The notes under the pieces were generated by a model, which was not told where the DNA came from, searched no databases, and saw nothing but the letters and a program-made list of their open reading frames with translations. Both the position numbers and the translations under genes were made by a program. From Eledone cirrhosa (Eukaryota): DNA of 64,000 nt. How positions within the stretch are numbered: the stretch's first letter is position 1; each line of letters opens with the position of its first letter. The DNA is taken from assembly GCA_964016885.1 (NCBI GenBank), contig OZ024741.1, positions 396,676,001-396,740,000 on the forward strand, in the 5' to 3' direction. Positions 53,931-64,000 of the stretch are shown here, piece after piece.

Positions 53931-54183
53931 CATTTCATACAACGTTTAATCAGCTCTTGTCCAGACTTGAATATTTCGTTGGGATGATTTTTATCAAAAC
54001 ATGAGCAATCTTTCAGAGGTACACATTTACCTGTGCTGTCATAATATGTTCCGTTTGGACAACCGCAACCAGGAAGACATTCATCTGAACAAGTACCCAT
54101 AATTGTAGTATCTATGCAATGACTGTGGCACATGGAATGGCAGACAGAGTAAGATTCTAATTTACCAACATGACACTGGTATG
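53931..54183 (-). CDS. vWF/mucin-like protein, exon (TIL domain and E start)
   Basis: ttgacag|YQCHVGKLESYSVCHSMCHSHC...CSDECLPGCGCPNGTYYDSTGKCVPLKDCSC...KRCMK(C)|gtaaga; 10-Cys TIL pattern; 253 nt, phase 1 to 2, joining 41746 as TG+T = Cys. Confidence 0.95.
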
Positions 54184-54371
54184 CTGTCAAGGAAATAAAA
54201 CAAAACATGTATGACATTCATATATACATATAAATTCACATGTATACACACACTCACATATATATATACACACACATATACATACATATATATATACATA
54301 CACATATACATATATATATATACATACACATATACATACATATATATATATACATACATACATATATATAC

Positions 54372-54405
<34 letters not shown>

Positions 54406-54406
54406 A

Positions 54407-54466
<60 letters not shown>

Positions 54467-54572
54467 CATACATATATATACATACATACATATATATATA
54501 TATACATACATACATATATATATACATACATATATATATACATACATACATATACATATATATATATATATA

Positions 54573-54983
54573 TGGTGGCTGCCAACTCGTTTTCGAGTAC
54601 GGCCACTACTTTATATCCATGTAGGAGAACCCCTACCGATGCGTTGAATAAGTATGACTTTTTAGTCCAGCCAGCAACTTGAAAACTCTGGTACAAACAC
54701 TATACCTGTAACAATTATTGACACATAGTGCTGGGCCCATGGTACCATGTGACTACAAGTGCAGAGAGATCTCCAGATATAAAGCAAGGCCTGTGTTGTG
54801 AAGCTTTTATAGTGAGCAAAGGCACTGCACAAAGCCAGTCCCACTCTCTTAACCAAGATGATATTTACCAAAAAGAAGAACAAGTCAACATCATTGGATA
54901 CCATCAGGGTTGCAGGTGTTATATCAGAGTTTTCCTTCTCCTAGAATTCTGCCTTGACAAAGGCTAATGGGTCATCTCTCCCG
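54573..54983 (-). mobile_element. 410-bp insert in (TA)n, possibly an RTE 5'-UTR derivative
   Basis: Minus strand begins ...AAGGCAGAATTCTAGGAGAAGGAAACTCTGA..., recalling a motif of RTE 5' UTRs (from memory); no coding motif seen. Confidence 0.4.
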
Positions 54984-55009
54984 GATATATATATATATAC
55001 ATATATACA

Positions 55010-55045
<36 letters not shown>

Positions 55046-55336
55046 TACATACACACATATATATATATACATATACATACATATATATATATACATATAC
55101 ATACATATATATATACATATACATACATATACATACATACATATATATATACATACATACATATATATATACATACATACATATATATATATATACATAC
55201 ATATATATATATACATACATATATATATATACATACATATATATATATACATACATATATATATACATACATATATATATACATACATACATACATACAT
55301 ACATACATACATACATACATACATACATACATACAT

Positions 55337-55417
<81 letters not shown>

Positions 55418-56914
55418 CAATATTTACGAATGGTTGTAACTGTAGAATCAAAAGAAGTTGCCCATTAAAGGGAAATTGTCTTATTAATAACATAGTCTAT
55501 AAATGTGTAATTAGTACTAAGGACTCCACTCAATCCTATATAGGAGCGACGTCTAACCAATTTAAAGTAAGATTTAATGCCCACAAACATAGTTTTAAAA
55601 ATGCCGCATTAGCTAATACAACCTCTTTGGCTGAAGCAATTAATAATTATAGAAAGAGGGATATTCATTACAACCTGACCTGGAGCGTGCTCAAAATAGC
55701 AGATATGAGTGTAGGTTATGCTCCCAAGAACTATTTGAAATCATGAAATCTAATGATATCCTATTAAATAAGCGACAGGAGTTAATTATATCATGCAATC
55801 ATAGAATTAGAAAAACCTTCAAATATTATAAACTTAATTAGTATATACCCCACTCTTATATTTTACAAATCATTATGATTAATTTAAAAAAAATTTTTTA
55901 ATTTAGTTAACCTATAATTAGAAATTTACTACAGAGAATTTCATAATTTTATTTACATCTTAAAAGTTATCTTTAACCTCACTACTTCTTTTAACCGCAT
56001 CCCCTATTTATCACACTTAATACCTAGGATTATTAAATATAATTAATATCTTTAATATTATGGATGTTTAGATAGATACACTGCTTTTTATAAAATTTTA
56101 TCTATTTCAGTTTTTCTATATATATTTTTTATTTTTTAATTTTTTAACTTCTTTATGTATTACTTTCATAAGAATGAATATAATTTTAACTCTGTAAGTA
56201 TACCTTTCAATTAATTTAATTTCCTTTTATGTATCTAGGTTCCTTGAAATTTAAATAAGATTAGTATTTCTCACTAACACCCTCATCCCACAAATTTCTT
56301 TCCCTTCGCTTTTAATAGCATTTTTTAATAACATCAAATTTTTGGGGACTCCTTCACTATCTCCTTGATTTGACTTCATTTTAACCCCTATTTTTCTCTT
56401 CCTCATCATATTCTTTTCATTCAAAGCATAAATTTACATTCCTCCACTCCTAGCATCAAGTTCTACTACTGTTATTCTATCAACTTGACCTCTAACTCTT
56501 TTCTATTGGTCAATTCAAAACCTGTTCCCAAACAGACCTTATATATTAAAACTTTGTTTCTTTCAATAAACATACTTCATCATTTCTGAAGATGGCATGT
56601 ATAGGTGAAGGTAAGTATATCTCCTCTGATAATTTGTAATATTTTTTTTACATAGATCTTTAACATGATATACATACCAACACACATATATATATCTCAG
56701 AAACGATCGTAAAATGATGAATTTTTCAATATAAGGAACCTGTTCTTTGTTTTTATTTTATTGTTTTTATTAATTTATCTTGACACTGTTTTCCTGTGAT
56801 TTTTATCGTTAATTTTTGAATGCATTTTCTCTTTTCATGATAACTTCTATATTTGGATTACATTGAGTTCTTCATATGGATTGACACTACCATTTATTTT
56901 GGTAGATTTATCTA
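55418..56914 (+). mobile_element. 5'-truncated Penelope-like element: GIY-YIG endonuclease remnant plus 3' pLTR region
   Basis: [24 protein letters not shown]...[20 protein letters not shown]...W, a frameshift near 55705, then [11 protein letters not shown]...LLNKRQELIISCNH ending at TAG 55839-55841. The Cys-rich GIY-YIG pattern recalls Naiad-type PLEs. Hammerhead downstream; (TA)n on both sides. Confidence 0.85.
56576..56721 (+). ncRNA. Type I hammerhead ribozyme with long stem II
   Basis: TTCATCATTT-CTGAAGA-(107 nt)-GAAA-CGATCG-TA-AAATGATGAA: perfect 10-bp stem I, palindromic stem III, GUA site. Confidence 0.75.
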
Positions 56915-56915
56915 C

Positions 56916-57006
<91 letters not shown>

Positions 57007-57015
57007 TATATATAT

Positions 57016-57089
<74 letters not shown>

Positions 57090-57765
57090 ATATACATATA
57101 CATATATATATATATACATATATATATATGTATATGTACATACACACTTCCGGGTAGTATTCAATGTCGTTTCTCGAAACGTAACAGCCTCCTGTATTGA
57201 ACTAAAGAACATCAGACTATGATTCTCTAACTGGATTGTCAAACGCTCAATATCGAATTGTCATGGATTATGTGAGAGGCATATAATCTGAAAAATACAC
57301 TCCCCTGACTATGAAAATGTCGAAGTACATGAAGTCCATAACATCCCTTCGCTGTGCATTTCCAATACTTTTAATATTTTTAATGCTTGCACTATTTTTA
57401 ATGCTTATATCATTTCTCCACACACAGACTATAACAATCATATAAAGAATTTGCCACCAGATCAACCAACCTAACACTCTTGTTTACCTACCTAAGTCCT
57501 TCTACTACACGTAACTCTCTGCCACACTATATAAACAAGACGCACGTGCTTGCCACACATATAACATTTGCACTATATAACCGCTTATTTTCATGTTGTA
57601 TTTTAACCTGTATTTTTGATTGTACCTTTTAATATGAATGTAAACTCTAAGTGTGTACTGACACTCTAAATGCTGTAATGAATGTTGACCCACAATATTT
57701 GCATATGTATCTGTATGTCTCTTGGGTGAAAAGGAGGTCATATAACTGTTCATTCATTAATAAAT

Positions 57766-57812
57766 TGCTCCGAAGAATCCAAACCTCGGTTTGGAGCAAA
57801 CAGTTGTAAGCA
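57766..57812 (+). ncRNA. Degenerate type I hammerhead ribozyme
   Basis: TGCT-CCGAAGA-A-TCCAAACC TC GGTTTGGA-GCAAA-CAGTTG-TA-AGCA: all three stems present but both core boxes altered. Confidence 0.5.
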
Positions 57813-57870
57813 CAAAAATGTTTTGAACAGTTCTTTGATTCTTATATTTCATATATATACATATATATAC

Positions 57871-58045
<175 letters not shown>

Positions 58046-58046
58046 C

Positions 58047-58113
<67 letters not shown>

Positions 58114-58174
58114 CATATATATATATATACATATATATATATACATATATATATATATACATATATATATATAC

Positions 58175-58370
<196 letters not shown>

Positions 58371-58391
58371 GTATATACATATATATATATG

Positions 58392-58432
<41 letters not shown>

Positions 58433-58498
58433 ACATATCCATATATATATATATATATATCTACATATCCATATATATATATATATATATCTACATAT

Positions 58499-58585
<87 letters not shown>

Positions 58586-58586
58586 C

Positions 58587-58665
<79 letters not shown>

Positions 58666-58673
58666 TATATATA

Positions 58674-59398
58674 TAAGTTAAAAATGTACATCCACATATG
58701 TATACTGAAATACTAGTATGCATATGAATACACACACGTGTACATATGTAGATGTACCGAGTTTTTCACTGGACACTTTACTGTGAGTGTTCAGCTAGTC
58801 TGTATGTAAACACACAGACAAACCGGTTTTTAGAGTCATACTGGTTTTCGAGGAAACACCTTTCCTCTATTCTCCAGAAAGCCAGACAGGAATATTGGAC
58901 TAGTTTCGATGTTGTTACATCTCATCAGCAATATTTACCTATCCTCCGGCCTTTCTAGAGAATCGTAAAAGCACATATCGTTATATGCTTTTTCTATGAA
59001 AATTAGTAGTGGGCAGACTAATTTGCATAGAGCGTGAGTACGTACCGGTTCAGCGGAGACGATAAAAACAAATAACGAAACGAAATTAAACCTCGTTTCG
59101 TTTGTAACTCACTTTTGTATGACTGACGCTTAAACAATTAAGTTAAAAATGTACATCCACATATCCAAAAACCGGTTTGTCTGTGTGTTTACATACAGAC
59201 TAGCTGAACACTCACAGTAAAGTGTCCAGTGAAAAACTCGGTACATCTACATATGTACACGTGTATGTATTCATATGCATACTAGTATTTCAGTATACAT
59301 ATGTGGATGTACATTTTTAACTTAATTGTTTAAGCGTCAGTCATACAAAAGTGAGTTACAAACGAAACGAGGTTTAATTTCGTTTCGTTATTTGTTTT
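58674..59398 (-). mobile_element. Non-autonomous pLTR/retrozyme-like element with terminal redundancy and inverted 5' segment
   Basis: 465-bp unit with 26 bp repeated (58674 and 59139); inverted repeats 58674-58831 / 59167-59324 and 59065-59164 / 59299-59398; internal hammerhead; (TA)n flanks. Confidence 0.8.
58891..58935 (-). ncRNA. Minimal type I hammerhead ribozyme (45 nt)
   Basis: Minus strand: AATATTG-CTGATGA-GATGT AACA ACATC-GAAA-CTAG-TC-CAATATT; intact core, 7-bp stem I, 5-bp stem II, palindromic ACTAGT stem III, GUC site. Confidence 0.9.
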
Positions 59399-59431
59399 CA
59401 TATATATATATATATACATACATATATATAC

Positions 59432-59540
<109 letters not shown>

Positions 59541-59541
59541 C

Positions 59542-59590
<49 letters not shown>

Positions 59591-59591
59591 C

Positions 59592-59667
<76 letters not shown>

Positions 59668-59708
59668 ATATACATATATATATAAACATATACATATATA
59701 TCTACATA

Positions 59709-59891
<183 letters not shown>

Positions 59892-59918
59892 ATCTACATA
59901 TACATATATATATATATC

Positions 59919-59964
<46 letters not shown>

Positions 59965-59980
59965 CATATATACATAAATA

Positions 59981-60012
<32 letters not shown>

Positions 60013-60021
60013 CATATATAC

Positions 60022-60069
<48 letters not shown>

Positions 60070-60108
60070 CTACATATATATATATATCTACATATATATA
60101 TATATATC

Positions 60109-60190
<82 letters not shown>

Positions 60191-60244
60191 CATATATATA
60201 TATACATATACATATATATATATCTACATATATATATATATATC

Positions 60245-60324
<80 letters not shown>

Positions 60325-60345
60325 CATATATATATATACATATAC

Positions 60346-60550
<205 letters not shown>

Positions 60551-60573
60551 CATATATATACATATATATATAT

Positions 60574-60963
60574 AAAATATTAAAAAAATAATGAATAAAA
60601 CAATGAAACAGTTCCTTATATTAAACAAAAAAAGTTCATTATTTAACGATCGTTTCTAGGATATATATGTGTTAGAATTGGCATGCATATTCAACAGATC
60701 TATGTACAAAATTATACAAAATTATACAAACTATCAAAATTAAATATACATACCAAACACATATATATGCCGTCTTCAGAAATAATGAAATATATTTATT
60801 GATAATAACAACAATTCAAAATTTCAGGTCCGTTTGGGAACAGAGTTCAAATTGACCAATGAAAATACAAAAAATTTTATGCAGTTAGGTGTGTGTATAT
60901 ACATGTAATTAACTTCGTACACATATTTACACACTACCGTAAACTCTTGGTAGATTTAACTAC
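60574..60963 (-). mobile_element. pLTR-like element homologous to 56500-56770, copy 1
   Basis: Shares ATTGGTCAATT...CTGTTCCCAAAC.GACCT, the hammerhead and AATATAAGGAAC with the + strand element. Confidence 0.8.
60635..60789 (-). ncRNA. Type I hammerhead ribozyme with long stem II (copy 1 of tandem pair)
   Basis: Minus strand: TTCATTATTT-CTGAAGA-(116 nt)-GAAA-CGATCG-TT-AAATAATGAA. Confidence 0.75.
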
Positions 60964-60964
60964 A

Positions 60965-61010
<46 letters not shown>

Positions 61011-61015
61011 GATAT

Positions 61016-61210
<195 letters not shown>

Positions 61211-61213
61211 CAC

Positions 61214-61292
<79 letters not shown>

Positions 61293-61332
61293 CATATATA
61301 TATACATATATATATATACACATATATACATA

Positions 61333-61456
<124 letters not shown>

Positions 61457-61515
61457 CATATAGATATATACATATATATATATATATATATACATATATA
61501 TACATATATATATAT

Positions 61516-61905
61516 AAAATATTAAAAAAATAATGAATAAAACAATGAAACAGTTCCTTATATTAAACAAAAAAAGTTCATTATTTAACGATCGTTTCTA
61601 GGATATATATGTGTTAGAATTGGCATGCATATTCAACAGATCTATGTACAAAATTATACAAAATTATACAAACTATCAAAATTAAATATACATACCAAAC
61701 ACATATATATGCCGTCTTCAGAAATAATGAAATATATTTATTGATAATAACAACAATTCAAAATTTCAGGTCCGTTTGGGAACAGAGTTCAAATTGACCA
61801 ATGAAAATACAAAAAATTTTATGCAGTTAGGTGTGTGTATATACATGTAATTAACTTCGTACACATATTTACACACTACCGTAAACTCTTGGTAGATTTA
61901 TCTAC
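61516..61905 (-). mobile_element. pLTR-like element, copy 2 (942-bp offset, nearly identical)
   Basis: Matches 60574-60963 except near the right end (TTTAACTAC vs TTTATCTAC). Confidence 0.8.
61577..61731 (-). ncRNA. Type I hammerhead ribozyme with long stem II (copy 2 of tandem pair)
   Basis: Same sequence as 60635-60789. Confidence 0.75.
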
Positions 61906-61906
61906 A

Positions 61907-62116
<210 letters not shown>

Positions 62117-62133
62117 GATATACATATATATAT

Positions 62134-62180
<47 letters not shown>

Positions 62181-62183
62181 CAC

Positions 62184-62232
<49 letters not shown>

Positions 62233-62255
62233 TATACATATATATATATATATAC

Positions 62256-62288
<33 letters not shown>

Positions 62289-62407
62289 CATATATATATA
62301 CATATATATATATACACATATATACATATATATATATATACATATATATATACATATATATATATATACACATATATACATATATATATACATATATATA
62401 TATACAC

Positions 62408-62472
<65 letters not shown>

Positions 62473-62497
62473 CACATATATATACATATATATATAT

Positions 62498-62548
<51 letters not shown>

Positions 62549-62571
62549 TATATACATATATATATATACAC

Positions 62572-62604
<33 letters not shown>

Positions 62605-62645
62605 TATATATACATATATATATATATACATATATATATATACAC

Positions 62646-62756
<111 letters not shown>

Positions 62757-62891
62757 TTTATATATATATATATACATATATATATAGCGGCGATGAATTA
62801 GTTTTGCGAAGTTTTTTATATGAAATCGTGTGTCGAAACAGATATTAATTCTGGCAATATTACGCAAATATGACCCTCCCCAAATATAACC

Positions 62892-62964
<73 letters not shown>

Positions 62965-63067
62965 CATGTATATATATATATATATATATACATATATATA
63001 TACATGTATATATATATATATACATATATATATATACATGTATATATATATATACATATATATATAT

Positions 63068-63106
<39 letters not shown>

Positions 63107-63147
63107 TATATACATGTATATATATATATACATATATATATATATAC

Positions 63148-63180
<33 letters not shown>

Positions 63181-63214
63181 CATATATATACATATATATA
63201 TACATATATACATA

Positions 63215-64000
63215 TATGGTCTCCGTTTATTTTTGGGATTCGAAACCGATCGGTAAAGGTAACTATAGTAGGTAAAGTCAATTTTTTAAAATTTATTTTG
63301 AAACTTTTTCATTATTTGCTAAACCTTGTTTATATATGTTCTGGCTCGTTAATTTATTAACCTGCCATTGAACCACATTGGCATTTGGTTGGACAATACA
63401 TGCGTCCCTTAGCGCCTTGTGCGTGAAGGAACACATATCCTATTATTACTACTCTCCTCTATTGTTGAGAGACAAATTGGGTCGTTCCGACTGCTGCTAG
63501 TGATAGTTGCGGCCGGTTTGACCTACCTCCCTCTGCCTCTATCTTTACTTCGGCCCTTGAAAAAATTGATTCCACTTCATTCACTCTCATCTCAGGAACA
63601 GTTTTGGATAGCGCTAGTTCGTAATTTAAATTCAAGAATTTTATATTCTTCGAATGAAAAGAACCTTCTGACGAGAATCTTTCTTTGCAACGAAGGCCGT
63701 ATGGTCTCCGTTTATTTTTGGGATTCGAAACCGATCGGTAAAGGTAACTATAGTAGGTAAAGTCAATTTTTTAAAATTTATTTTGAAACTTTTTCATTAT
63801 TTGCTAAACCTTGTTTATATATGTTCTGGCTCGTTAATTTATTAACCTGCCATTGAACCACATTGGCATTTGGTTGGACAATACATGCGTCCCTTAGCGC
63901 CTTGTGCGTGAAGGAACACATATCCTATTATTACTACTCTCCTCTATTGTTGAGAGACAAATTGGGTCGTTCCGACTGCTGCTAGTGATAGTTGCGGCCG
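63215..64000 (+). mobile_element. 485-bp tandem repeat with one hammerhead per unit (retrozyme/pLTR-like); runs off the window
   Basis: 63215-63515 equals 63700-64000; the first unit starts inside hammerhead stem II at a (TA)n junction. Confidence 0.85.
63663..63745 (+). ncRNA. Type I hammerhead ribozyme
   Basis: ACCTT-CTGACGA-GAATCTT...GGGATTC-GAAA-CCGATCGG-TA-AAGGT; intact core, palindromic ACCGATCGGT stem III, predicted cut after 63740. Confidence 0.9.

Noticed and set aside
57165-57190. CGTTTC-TC-GAAACG hairpin as half a hammerhead
   Set aside because: No upstream CTGANGA; short hairpins like this arise by chance.
62787-62890. Possible hammerhead (CGATGA...GAAAC) in a 100-bp island
   Set aside because: No convincing stems I-III and no valid cleavage triplet.

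Overview
Repeat-dominated animal genomic DNA. The SINE types, RTE LINEs and long (TA)n tracts suggest a mollusc, probably an octopus-like cephalopod; this is an inference. The window lies inside a large minus-strand gene for a von Willebrand factor/gel-forming-mucin-like protein. Five phase-compatible GT-AG exons (54183-53931, 41746-41548, 40089-39998, 38748-38699, 31992-31651) give TIL-E-TIL'-E'-VWD; two are small exons absent from the ORF track. The introns contain a 25-kb 50/33-bp satellite, a 200-N gap, a 4.3-kb (ACC/ACA)n tract and a decayed near-full-length RTE LINE. They also contain a 26-bp satellite grown from a SINE, a 61-bp array grown from a LINE 3' end, many SINEs, a solo LTR, a piggyBac-type MITE and a Helitron end. 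The main finding is at 55.4-64 kb: a Penelope-like GIY-YIG remnant plus at least four unrelated non-coding elements between (TA)n tracts, each carrying a type I hammerhead ribozyme motif. These include 465-bp and 485-bp circularly permuted or tandem units (retrozyme/pLTR-like) and a long-stem-II hammerhead with compensatory base changes between copies. Nearly all long ORFs in the track are repeat artefacts. All structures were read by eye; nothing was computed or searched.
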